Source: Mytilus trossulus
Taxonomy: Eukaryota
DNA length: 64,000 nucleotides
Reading direction: 5' to 3'
NCBI RefSeq assembly: GCF_036588685.1
Contig: NC_086386.1
Span: forward strand, 17,980,001 to 18,044,000
Made by a program: the position numbers and the translations under genes. Below the pieces are notes generated by a model. It saw only the letters and a program-made list of their open reading frames with translations, had not been told where the DNA came from and searched no databases. Below, in pieces: positions 12,201-26,000 of the stretch (position 1 is the stretch's first letter; each line of letters begins with the position of its first letter).

Positions 12201-14083
12201 CATTAACAATACAATTTTTCTTAGATATAATAAAAGTTCCTGATTCCAATATACGTTATATATATGTGTATAGAATATAGTTCATGTTTTAACTGTAGGC
12301 TCAAGCTTTGGGTTAACAATCGATTTCAAATCAACCAATGTGTAAATACTGTAACTTAAATAAAAATGAGAAATGAACTGGGGAATGTGTCAATTGTATC
12401 AGTAAAGCAATTACAGCACTTTCTTTGCCCTCGTGAGTTTTTTTTCTGTGCATGTACTTATTTTGTGTCATGGATGGACATCCCATATCCTTTGTTTTGT
12501 CATTATTTAACGTTTTGTGTATCTGTGTAGCATTACTGTCGGATAGAGAGACACAAACCTAACAATACTCCAAATTAATAGTATTACAGATTCAACTTTG
12601 TTGTTTAAATTTCGACTCCTATTTGATAAAGAAATTGCAAACAGTCTTGAACTTCTTAATGTGAAAGGACCTTTAAGAATCCACTTACGATTTCATATTC
12701 ACTATCTGTATCTTGAGCTCTGTCATCTCAGGCGGCTCCTTTTTCTTCCTTGGGTCATTACCTCTGTAAAAATTAAAGCTTTACTTATTTCCAAACTTGT
12801 AAAATACGTTAATTGGCTAAGAAATTTGACATCCTCATTTATTTAAAGTATCTGTTCCATATTCATTCCTTGATGAGTCAATTATGTTTCATGAAATCGG
12901 ACTAAAATCAATTGTTATGAGATTATGATGTCCATTTCATTTATAATGTATTAAGACACATAGATGACCGTCTAGAGATTGCAAGGTTCACAAGTAACAC
13001 CGTCTCTCGAACGATAAATGACTCAGGAAAAAACTGCTATACACAATGAACAAGAAAAAGTAATGTTGCAGAATTTAGATAGTTTCTAAGACTATTACAT
13101 TAGGTAACTGCATTACAATACAAAGACAGAAATTTCAATCTTGTCGTGATACTTTTAACTGAATGTTAAAACAAGTATTGTAACTTAACAAAGGCTTGTT
13201 GCTTACCCGGGTGGCTTCTTTCTAGGATTAACAGCAGCTGTCTTCCCAGAACGGTCAGTCTGTTGTCCCTATAAAAACGATTGAGAATAAAGTGGAATAA
13301 ATAATGTCAATGAAGTACGACCCGTGATTTTCCTGCTATATTTCTTCCATTAATTTTGAAAGAGAGCTTTATCCATTAAAAAATCTTAGCTCGTCTTATT
13401 TTTGTTGTTATTGGGTATGTTATTGAGTAACATGAGGTTTCAATCCCTTTCTTGATCAAAAGAATGCAACGTCAGAAACTATAAGAATCGGTATTTTACA
13501 TTCTTTGTTATCATATTTGACGGGTTGTTTATATTGCAAAATTAAATTTTCATTTCAAAATGTAATTTGACTTCAAACTTGTTATTTTTTATCCAAGAAG
13601 ACAATGCTCAAACTGAATGACAACACTATATATAATGAATAAATTAACGTAGAAGATACACGACATACAATTGTCGTTTAAGCAAGATATATACCGTTTT
13701 ATTACTGGCAGCTGATTTCTGTGATTGCACATTTTGTATACCTTTAGCGTTACTCCTATAACGACAAAACACGTGAAATCATTATACGACAGTTTTGTAC
13801 ATCAAACACACCACCGCACATTATCATATAACCTTACGCAGCTCATATTCACTATCTGAATAAAATAAGATCTGTGCAATTGCTGTGCTTATAATGAATT
13901 TAATCAGATTGCATGTACTCGTCAATAAATTTTACTGTCTGTAAACTTTGCATACATACCAAGAGTAAAATGTATGCTTAAAGGAATAAAAACAAAGATG
14001 TGAACCGTAATGGAAAAATGGACCCTTACATAAAAAGTACTGGAAAATACTTACATACCAGCTTTCATCTGCACTTTACTCAT
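9201..14083 (-). CDS. Mieap/SPATA18-like coiled-coil + MIEAP C-terminal domain protein, paralog A (~387 aa, 9 coding exons)
   Basis: Exons 14055-14083 (MSKVQMKAG), 13695-13755, 13207-13268, 12689-12763, 11941-12180 (coiled coil, GC donor), 11330-11528 (LSK...RPTKIADMFNQVYQNVW), 10987-11088 (DCWEFC), 10462-10554 (KETRK), 9201-9503 (YVRSCLEVCWYSAIQDPPL...VDFIVWPAMLLHNHGVVLQKGVVQ). Total 1164 nt, in frame. Confidence 0.85.
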
Positions 14084-14875
14084 ACCTCATATTCCCTAAA
14101 AGATATTAGCATCTAGATTTAATCTCAATAAATCTTAACAAGTACAGAATCTTTTTAATCAGTGTATGTCTTACTTTCTTTAACACAAAAAAACAATCAA
14201 CTTTCAACCTATATATTCTATGTTAAAAGATAAGTTTGAAGCTCCCTAGCTAGTAATATATATATATATATATAAATCAACTCCTCTTGAATATATTTAC
14301 TACTAACAAATATATTGAACTTTCCATATCTTACCTTAATGAAAGAAAAAAAAACCTTTTAAATTTGGAATGACATACTAAATAAATGCAGTTTTGATAT
14401 CTGATACATTAAATTATAAAGACCGTGTAAGAGTTGTAAAAATTCTTTAGACAACCAAACTTTTAAATAACCTTTGAAAATTAATGAATTGCATCCGACC
14501 AGTGAACGATTAAAAATGAAACAATATCAAGTTTTCGATCGATTGAAACATTTAATAAAGTTATACTACTGATTTATTGCGAACGGCCAATAGTTCCTGA
14601 GCGATAGAAGTCGGTCGTCTGAGCATTTTCTTCTCTTTGCGGTCTAAATTTCGGAAAGCAGGAAAAACTACGGACTAGCCTACTGTTCATGAAAAGAAGT
14701 TACATAAGTGTAGCATCTAACCAATGTTATTTCAACTGAACGGGCGTATGTTTTAATTTGCATAAGGGCAGTTTAGTTAAATGTGTGTGATAAGAACGAT
14801 TACCGTTATAATTATTATTGAATTATGATTACCTATCAGTATCATTATACGCATATACAAGAGAAGTCAGTTTTA

Positions 14876-15143
14876 CAGCAGATTTCAGTCAGTCTGTAGC
14901 TTTTGCTAACATCTTTGGTTAGCTTGCTTGTTAGCTGAACCGTGAAGTCATTGTAAGATAAGGTTTATTAACCTCCTTTTAAAGTAGCTTAGTCCTACAG
15001 AGAGATAAATTGGTTATCTGTTGGGCTAGTCTACTATTAAAGGAGGGTAGTTTACCTAACCTAGCAATGACTTCACGGTTCAGCTAACAAGCAAGCTAAC
15101 AAAAAATATTACACATTAGCTACATACTGACTGAAATCTGCTG
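14876..15143. mobile_element. Fold-back MITE, PIF/Harbinger-like (TTA TSD)
   Basis: 268-bp near-palindrome CAGCAGATTTCAGTCAGT ... ACTGACTGAAATCTGCTG with TTA on both sides. Inner arms GTTAGCTTGCTTGTTAGCTGAACCGTGAAGTCATTG and their reverse complement. Confidence 0.75.
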
Positions 15144-17072
15144 TTATATTTAGTTTATAAATACATTTGTATTTGAGCAAAATTGCAAAAATACAGGGTC
15201 GATTGTTTAATCGCTAATAAGTACAACTCTTCACACAATCATTATTAACAATTTACAACATATCAATACCGTGAAACAAAATCAATTCCAAGACTTAAAA
15301 TGTCCCCATTCTGACCGGACGTTTCTGAGTACTTGTTCATACCCCAAAGTCAAGCGAACGCCCCACTTTTAGCAAAGTGACCATTTTCTATTCACCAGTC
15401 ACCCACCCTTGGTGCTCAATGTTTTCGAAAATATGATGTTAATAATATGCAATTTCATCAATACTGGCCGTTTTCAATTATTAAATAATTCCGACACCTG
15501 AAAAAGGTCAAGTTGCCTTATTTTATTATAATTTTTGCCTTTGAATGGTGCTATCATGTGAGCACGAAATTCATTCTCATCACTACAAAGGTCAGTTCCT
15601 CCTTTGACGGACAATAAAATAACGATACCAAACACACCAAAGTAACAACTACCAACTCGCATTGGTTAAAGAAATGTTTTTGAACAATAAAAATAGATGC
15701 TAGAATTAAAGGTTTTGAAGTAATTACATAATATCGTTTTAGTTTTTTTTTATAATGAATTATCTAGTCGTATGTTAATGTTATTCTACAAAATCCGCCA
15801 TAGGGTCTTTAAATTGAAGTGGGATGAATTTTTTTTTTGATTCCATGTGACTGAGATGAAGAACGGCAACACATGGGCGTTTCCTTAGTGTTTTATGTTT
15901 TTATGTACACTTACTTTTTTAGTATTATAAATACATATATATCATATCCTTTTTTGTCTTTTATACATAGGCTTACTGTCTGAGTTCTGTCATTAAATAA
16001 CGTGAGTATTTCGTTTTCTTGTCATTTTGTTTGATAAATTAAAGATATCGTCCTTCAATATATTGCAGAATATTCCATAACTTAATTTTTAGTTTCTCTC
16101 AACCAGTTGCATCTTATCACAATGTTTACTCTATTGCAATCTGCTCAGTCAAAAAGCTCAGTCTGGTCGTACCAAACTGCATGCTGTTGTTGAAATGATA
16201 TAAAATGGAACAACATGTTCATTTGAAACAAACATCTCATTCTGAGTATCACTTGCTTGACAACAGACAAATGTTCAGCACTTTTTTTTACAGTAGTCTG
16301 GACAAGTATTGTAATTATTTAAAATTAGATTATCAGCAATGTATCAGCACAAAAATCATAAGAGAAAAATATCTAGAGATATCAATATATATAACTTGAA
16401 GCGTTAACTCGGACTCTTTTTCACTCAATCAGTAGTTTAACCAAATGTTCAGCGACGCTAGCGCAAAACAACTGATAATATCTGTATAAATATAGCAAAA
16501 CATAACAATAGAAAATAAAACCGTATCAATTACTATATTTGAAGGAAGATATCTAAAAGTATATATTCTGTTTACAAATGTCAACTACTGATAAATTGAG
16601 TGGACTTCATAAACAACAAAACATTGCATAGAACTACCCGTACATGTTGGTGCAATTCACTGTACCCAGAGTGAATGTGTTTTGTTTCAAATTTATACAT
16701 AGTCTAACAAATAAGAAGAATTTACTCTTTATCCTACAAATATCAGACGTAATGATTTATTAATAGGAATACAATGTAATAGTCACCAATAAGTCTACTC
16801 AGCCAAAAAGAAAGACTAGAAGATACCATATATTATATTATGTCTCACAGGAAATAAAACGGATAAGTAAGTAAGTATATATCAAATACTATTTATTGCA
16901 AATACATTTACACATACATTACGTTGATTTCTATATGCATTGAATGTGATATATTTCTAATATAAAATGTATAATAAAAAGAAATGTGCATACTATGCAC
17001 TTTCCTTTTTTCTATAATAAATAATAAATTATTATTTCTGATTTGTAACATAATCATTGTTCACATCCTATT

Positions 17073-20000
17073 TCAGTTTTTATACTGTGCAACTCCTTTG
17101 TATAAAATAGGTCCATTTATAAACAAATGCATTGCTGGCCAAACAACGAAGTCCACTGTATTCCCGCCTTGTGTATATTTCCTGAAGTCGTCTGCCTGTT
17201 CTTCTGCATCAAACCCATAATGCATCGGCGGTTCATTTATTGCACTATACCAACAAACTTCCAAACAACTTTCGACATAGGTGTGCAAATCTTCTTTTAT
17301 ATCTTTCTTCGCAGATTTAAATTTCTGAAACAGAAAATGTTCTTACGTTACAGAAATTGGGTACCTCTTTTGAATTTTGCATGCATGAACTAAAAGTTTG
17401 ACCTTGTAATTTGAACTTCTACTTTTAAACACAATAAGACAACAATCTGTATTTTTTTTTAAAGAAATGCCGATATTTCCGGAACACCTGCAAACAACCC
17501 CAGGTTTTGTGTGTTTCGTGTTTCTCAGTCTATTGTTTTATTTATTACTGGTTTGGTATCTCCCACTTCTTGTTTATCGTCATTATTATATCATGCTTTT
17601 TATCTGTTTTTTATGTTGTGTTATGTGTACTGTTATTTGGGTTTTTTTTGTCATGGCGTGTGAGCTTATTTGCGACATATGAGTTTTAAATCCCTTTGGT
17701 ATCTTATTTTCGCTTCTCCTCACTTGAACATGCTTCTGATTAGTAATACGACCAAAGCTATAACCAAAGACAAACAGGGACCATTTGATTCATGATCCGT
17801 GTAGTTCATATTGCAATGTTTATTTTTTTGGATAATTTTTCAAAAATCTATATTTAAATGACATTTATTATCTACTTGTTATAAACATACTGAATCTGTT
17901 TATATTGTAATATTTTCCTCTAAATTAACAACACGATTCAAAGTTTCATTCGTTTCATTTTGTCTAGTTAAAACAGCAGTTTTATCTGGACAAATTGTAT
18001 GTATCATTTTTAAACTTATATTGTACATAGATCTATTTTTCTTACATATTTTTTATCTATCATATTTTTTATATAAACTTTGTTCTGTTCAGATACTGAT
18101 TTTTACTTTGTCTTGTTGTGCATCTTTTTTAAAACAAAGCAAGATTAAAAAGGGTAGTTGAAATCTAGATGAAATAATGTTCTCATTCAAATCCCATTGT
18201 CGAAAACATCGTCAGTGGTGGTCTTCATCATATTTTGTTTGCATTTTTTATTTCGAGAATTTGTTAATGGTAGATCTTTAATGGTCCCTGTCAATATTTC
18301 CTGATTTTTTTTTACTCTTGGTAATTTTGTTTCTGTTTTGTATTGTTCAAATACATGTACCCGTCTAACGTGGAAGACTGACAAGCTGTATGTTAAATTC
18401 TTACTGTGAGTTTTAGGTACTTGTGTCGTTCGGTTGCTGTTTCATTGGAGTATAAAACTCCAAATATCGGGGTTTTATTTTCAACGATACCTAAAACTTC
18501 GTATGATTGAATTATATCTTATAAGTTTAGCACTGAATCCCAAATTGAACTGTATTTAAAATCTGTGAAATGTCCATTATAACAGCTGATTGAATTATTG
18601 GGTATGAAATATGATGTTTGCCTTTACGGAATCATCGATTCGCACTTTGTTACAATATAACTCTTTAAAAACTTTGAATTTTTGAATACTCCGGCTTTCA
18701 ATCTCAGGAATAGACTACCTTAGCTGTATTTGGCAAAACGTTTAGGATTTTATGGTTCTCAATGGTCTTCAACTTTATTTGGCCTCTTAAACTCTTAAAA
18801 CGCGCGTCTGGCGCAAGTTATTTTTTTATCCTGGTATCTATGATGAGTTTATTTATCTGTGTACCAACCTCGTACAAATTAGGCATCATTTCTTTAGCTG
18901 ATCGTTTTCGTGTTTCAGTCAGTAACGTCGAGCTTCCTGGTGACAATGCATACACACCATCCTAGAATAAAGAAACATTGACATATGATATTCATTTGTT
19001 CGTTCTACATATATATCTATCATTTGTCTTTTTTCGATCCACACGTTTGTGCTTTTAACGTCTGCATGTTTGTCTTTTTTATATGTGAAAATGAATAATT
19101 GAGCTATGTTTTGCTGTCAATAACAAGATTAAGTATTGTTATTGAAGTGAGTGCACTCATCACCCAACTGTCTAAAGGAAAACATTTATTGAAACCTAGA
19201 ATGATTCCTACGTATGTTGTCTTTTGTCAAAATGATGTTACATGTTTCTACAACACGACGCGTATTTAACCAATATAGCCACCTTTGTGAAAATAGAAGA
19301 TAAAAAAGTACAATCTTTTCCACTTTTGGAACGACAAATACTCTAAAAAATTGTGATATCATATCAGGTTATATATCTGTTAACTTTTACAATTGACATA
19401 AATCATCCCTCTTGAGAGTTATTGCTACTAATGTCGACGAATTGTTTTTGATGAAAAATGTAAAATGACAAAAAATATCGAACCATGAGGAATATTCTAA
19501 ATAGAAAGTCATTAAGCAAATGATAAAATCAAAAGCTATAACACAAAAAAGAAATGAATAACAACTGTCATATTACTGACTTGGTACAGGAATTTCTAAT
19601 GTTGAAAAGGATGGATGGAATCTGATTTTATAGCTAGCTAAAACTCTCTCTTGTATGAGCGTCGCCTACAATTCCATTATTTTGTCTACGATGTGTGAAC
19701 AAAAACAAACAGACATTATTGATAAAATTTAAAAAAATAGGGGTACAGCAAATCACTAATTGTTACAAGGATCGGGTTTTAAGAATTATGGGTTCTAAGT
19801 ATTAACCTTGAAATAACCATCTTTTTGTGGACTACATATTATACCCGTGTATATATAACTAAAGACTGAACAAAATCGCTACAAACCTAAGACAGGGCTT
19901 TTTTATCGATCGAAATAAAAATCATCCGGTTAAACCTTATATATAAGGCCAGGAGTTTGTGTTGCCTAGTCTTTAGTTTTCTATGTTATGTCTTCTGTAC

Positions 20001-23000
20001 TATTGTTTGTCTGTTTGTCTTTTTGTTTTTTGGCCATGACGTTGTCAGTTTATTTTCAATTTCTCAGTTTGACTGTCCCTCTGGTATCTTTCACGTCTCT
20101 TCAACCGCATTTAAAAACATTGGCTTACAGTATCATATAAATAGAAAAATGTAAATTCGATAATATTAGGACGCTTCTTTGGATGAGAATATGGTATCAA
20201 CTTTCAAGGTTTTAAGTGCCGAAAATTTATCCTGGCATTTGCGAATAACAATATTTGTTTCTACAAATCAAAATTACCTTGTTTTCTGATGCAAGTAGTA
20301 AGTTTTGTTCTAAGATTTTTGTCTGTTGTTCACAGGTTTCTTTACAGTAATTCCAACATTCCTATAAGAAACGTGTTACACTATATTTTAGATAATTGTA
20401 CCTTCAGTTAAAAAAATAAATTTCTTTTTACACATTGTAACTTAGAACTTCTGAAAATATCTATAATTAAGGACACAATAGTTAACCGATTATCAAATCT
20501 CGTTAGGGACGACATCAAAAGATCGATGTAGGATGAAAAACTTAGATCAAATAGTTTGGGGGTGGGGGGGGGGGGGTGTCAACATTGCTGCAAGTTTTGT
20601 TAATCTAAAATCGATTTTACATATATCCCTATTGGTCAATCAATTTTCCCCAAATTAAGTTAAGAGGGGGGGTGGGGTGTGGGGTCAGTGAAAAAACTAT
20701 ATGAATTAAGTTTTTTTTATCCTTCATTGAACTTTTGATGTCGTCCCTTAATCAATTAGGAACAGACCAAAACTGAGGGAATTAAAAGTGATGAAGATTG
20801 TTGCATTTTTATAGAAGAAAGTTATGATGAAAATTTCTTTTATAAAAAAAGCGTATTCTGTACACACGTAATGTGCTATTATTGCTGTGAAATTATATAT
20901 CCGTCTGACGTTTCTATACAGTTTAAAGAATTTAGAATATGCGGTATGTACTAATGAGACAACTCTCAATGCAAGTCACAATTTGTAAAAGTAAACCATT
21001 AACGGTCAAAGTACGGTCTTAACACAGATACTAGACTCACACCGACAGCAAGCTATGAAGGGTTCACAAAAAGACTATAGTGCAACATCATTCGATTGGG
21101 AAAACCAACGGTCTAGTCTTTTTAAAAATCGAGGATTGAGAAACACTTATAAACCACATAGACAAACGATAACTACTAAACATCAGATGGCAGATTTAGA
21201 ACAGGTGCAAACAAATGCAGAGGGTTAAAACGTTTAAATAGGTACAACACTTCACCCTTATCTTAAACAATAGGCTCACACTCACAAAATAGAAAGAAAC
21301 ACCATTAGATAACAATTGAAATGGCTTAACTCAATCCAATATACATGTATATGATATCAGATGCCTTTGCCTGTGGATTTTCCAATTGTCAAAAATGATG
21401 TCCTAAATACACACACATATAATCGCCATCAATGATAGTGATACATGGCTGTGTACATAATGTATATACAACTCGTCTAAACATCAACCCAACAATGTTA
21501 GATCTGTAAATTTGCTTTCGCAAATTTTTGGTTCTTCCCTCGCCGGGATTCGAACCCACTGCAGCCGTCCCGCTAGACCACACGACCACCTGGGCTCTAA
21601 AAAAAGAGCTTTCGCTGTTTCCACGTCAGTGTTAATCTAGCGGCGTACTAAAGTACATGCTATATAAGGCATGAAGATGTTATTGTTACAGATCAGCTTA
21701 ATTATCTATAGTAAAGGATCCTACAAATTAATGTAAGATACAGTCACAGAAAATAATTATATTAATAAGTACGTCTGAGTTAGTGACAACCCTACAACAG
21801 ATGTATTCATCGGATCGCCATCAATAATAGTGATACATGGCTGTGAACATAATGTATATATAACTCGTCTAAACATCAACCCAACAATGTTAGATCTGTA
21901 AATTTGCTTTCGCAAATTTTTGGTTCTTCCCTCGCCGGGATTCGAACCCATGCTACTGTGATATCGTGACACCAAATCGCCTGCACTGCAGCCGTCCCGC
22001 TAGACCACACGACCACCTGGGCTCTCAAAAAAAGAGCTTACGCTGGCCATGTGTTACCTTTCCACGTCAGTGTTAATCTAGCGGCGTACTACAGTACATG
22101 ATATATAAGGCATGAAGATGTTATTGTTACAGATCAGCTGAATTATCTATAGTAAAGGATCCTACAAATTAATGTAAGATACAGTCACAGAAAATAATTA
22201 TATTCATAAGTACGTCTGAGTCAGTGACAACCCTACAACAGATGTATCCATCGGATCGCCATCAATGATAGTGATACATGGCTGTGTACATAATGTATAT
22301 ACAACTCGTCTAAACATCAACCCAACAATGTTAGATCTGTAAATTTGCTTTCGCAAATTTTTGGTTCTTCCCTCGCCGGGATTCGAACCCATGCTACTGT
22401 GATATCGTGACACCAAATCGCCTGCACTGCAGCCGTCCCGCTAGAACACACGACCACCTGGGCTCTAAAAAAAAGAGCTTTCGCTGTTTCCACGTCAGTG
22501 TTAATCTAGCGGCGTACTAAAGTACATGCTATATAAGGCATGAAGATGTTATTGTTACAGATCAGCTTAATTATCTATAGTAAAGGATCCTACAAATTAA
22601 TGTAAGATACAGTCACAGAAAATAATTATATTAATAAGTACGTCTGAGTTAGTGACAACCCTACAACAGATGTATTCATCGGATCGCCATCAATAATAGT
22701 GATACATGGCTGTGAACATAATGTATATATAACTCGTCTAAACATCAACCCAACAATGTTAGATCTGTAAATTTGCTTTCGCAAATTTTTGGTTCTTCCC
22801 TCGCCGGGATTCGAACCCATGCTTCTGTGATATCGTGACACCAAATCGCCTGCACTGCAGCCGTCCCGCTAGACCACACGACCACCTGGGCTCTCAAAAA
22901 AAGAGCTTACGCTGGCCATGTGTTACCTTTCCACGTCAGTGTTAATCTAGCGGCGTACTAAAGTACATGATATATAAGGCATGAAGATGTTATTGTTTCA

Positions 23001-26000
23001 GATCAGCTAAATTATCTATAGTAAAGGATCCTACCAATTAATGTAATATACAGTCACAGAAAATAATTATATTCATAAGTACGTCTGAGTCAGTGACAAC
23101 CCTACTACAGATGTATCCATCGGATCGCCATCAATGATAGTGATACATGGCTGTGTACATAATGTATATACAACTCGTCTAAACATCAACTCAACAATGT
23201 TAGATCTGTAAATTTGCTTTCGCAAATATATATATATATATATGCATACCGACCAACATAAAGTCATTTGTATAAGATGGATTAAATAAATTTAACGGGT
23301 CGAAGCATGAACACAGCCAAAGACAGCTCTGAAACATTATATAGCTTAGTGCACTTCACAGTTTATGGAATCATTTACTTATATATATATTGACTTTATA
23401 AAAAAGACAGAAGTAAGAAAATAACCTTAAATATATTCAATAGGTAAATACAAATTTGTTTTTCATCCCCCTTATCTTCCGATTTCTCAAACGCGTCTGT
23501 CCATTTGTTATCATACAGGATAGAAATCATTTCCACCAGTTTCTGTGGCCGACGTGGATCACTCAGGTCAGCTATTTGGGGATTCTTATCGAGCATCTTT
23601 TCACCAGAAACTTTACCTAGTCTGGAATATTGATGAATTTTGTTAATAAGTGCATACAAAACTGGGCCTCGTATTGTTGAATCTGCAATGTATTCGTGTT
23701 TCGTTTTGAAATATATAAAAAAAAAAAATTAAAAAAAATTAAAGCATTTCCCAGAGCGAAGAGGACGTAACTTTTCACGGAAACTTTTATCGTTTCGGCT
23801 AAAATATAAACCATATTATATTTGTTCACGGAGTAACCGTTATTATTATGACGGAGATATTGGAATATTACTAAATCGGTCATAAATCTTTTATTTTTAT
23901 AAATGGACATTTTGTCTGAATGCTAGCGGGAAAAAAATATTATTCAATGTTGACTATGTTTTCCGCTGAACTCTTGCTAGTGTATATATTTTGGTTATTT
24001 TTGTTTACATTTTTACCTATTATGTCTGTTTGTCTTGTTTACGCACTATAATGGAATTTGATACGACTGTCACACAAGGTATAATACCAGGTTAATGCAC
24101 AACTATTTACATAATAAAATGCCTATACCAAGTCAGGAGATTATGACAGTTGTTTAAGTTCGTTGAATTTGTTTGAGCTTTTGTTACTGACATTTGAAAA
24201 GCAACGTTCCGATGTTAATTTTGTTCATTATTTTGTTCTTTTTCTTTGTGCTCACTGAAAAAGCTTTTTATACCATGCTTTATTCTATGATTGGAAAAAC
24301 TTTATTAAAGCATTTACGCCATTTAAGCTGAACGTGTGCATTCAAATTTGATTGCAGGGACCTTTTTTGCGACTAAAATAAGACGTCGGTTATTGTTTCT
24401 GTCTTTTCTTTTACGTTTACTGTCATGTGTTGCATTTTCTATATTCACTTATACATTTAAATAAGATTAATCTTTACTTTGATTGTAGTTCATCTTTGTC
24501 AGCCTTAAGGTCAGCGATATGTTTGTCCCTGTCATCCCGTTCTGCTTGTAGTCTTTTTACATCTTCTTTTAAGGTGACTATTATTGCCTCTTTTTGATTA
24601 TGCACCAAGTCCTTCATGGTTTTATTATGCGTGTTTTCGAGATCATGCTTTTGTTTCTCCAGTGTCTTAAGCTCATTCTGTAACTTTTTGAAGTCATAGT
24701 GGATTTGTTCAATATAGGCATCTGTATGGTGCAATCGACTGTAAATAGACAATTAAGTCCTAGATATATAATTCATTTTAGTTACTATTGGATTTGCTTC
24801 AGCAAATAGCTGTAAGTACTCTTAAATATGTATTTTGTTCATTAGGGTTTTTAATAGGATTTTTTTTAAACGATTTAAAATATGATTTGTTTAGTATGAT
24901 CTTGTCAAATTCTTTATTTGCGTGTACCATGCTAAAAGCACATACTTCTATAATGGTTACAGTTTGTGATATTTATCTAACCTCCTATACATGTCTAGGA
25001 ATATGATTGGTTAAAAGCGTCCGCGTGGAGACCGTGTAAATTTCATTTTAGGTTAATAGGGAGGCGGGGGTTATTGCATACACGGTTAGTAATGGTGTTA
25101 CGCCCTGTTATATATTCCATATTAGCTTTAAAGGGAGGCGGGGTTTATTCCATACACGGTAAGTAGTGGTGTTCAGCCCCTTTATCTTCCATATTAGCTT
25201 AAAAGGGAGGCGGCGGTTATTTCATACACGGTTAGTAGTGGTGTAAAGTCCCTTTATACGAACAAAACGGTACTGAAAAAAATCCTAATGGTTTCAACAG
25301 ACAAAGAAATTGATGATTAAGGTTGAAATAAATTCATAAAACACATTTAAACCTTACAAGTTGTTATTGTTGGCATCTGTTTTTGTAGGATCAATGGAAG
25401 TGGTTTCTTAATGCTTACAGTATTGAAGACATGCTCAGTTTGATAGGTATCTAGTCTAAATTTCACACGTTAAGATAGTCGGTAAGATAAATTCGTTACT
25501 TAAGAGGGCACATGGGTACAAAAATAATAGCAAATATTTAAACATTATTTTTTTCATAACAAATTTTATTCATTACATTATAAGTTTTAACATTATGATC
25601 ACATGGTTAAAAAATCAACCCAAAATATCAAGGCTTTTTAGCCCCAGATGATTTTTTAAATTTTGATGTCATTGAAAAAGCTCCAAATTATCTCCCTTTG
25701 GTGAAAAAAATGACATTTTTTGGCATTAAAATTGAAATATCTTTTTAAACGCATCGGTGACCTATATTTTTATTATTTTTTTCAAATAAGCGGCACTTAA
25801 ACTAAACAATTGTAAAATTTAAGCAATTAATTATATTAGGTTCTTTTTTTATTTCGATTTTACCTTTTTTTCTCCTATTAGTGTAACAAAGTACCTAAAC
25901 AAAAATGCATGCTTTTTTTGATGGCAGATTTTGAGCTTAAATGAACGGTGACCCCATATTTTTATTTTATTTTTCTATTAGGTATAGGATTAAGTTTATT

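Noticed and set aside
18195-18225. CTGACGA on the minus strand as another hammerhead
   Set aside because: No GAAA after the putative stem II and no closing stems.
21929-22022. Functional tRNA gene (Leu/Sec-like)
   Set aside because: Acceptor and anticodon stems do not pair convincingly; only the A/B boxes are retained.
21389-23267. Repeated 64-72 aa minus-strand ORFs (MVSRYHSSMGSNPGEGRTK...)
   Set aside because: Chance translations of the tRNA-derived satellite; GSNP is simply the B box.
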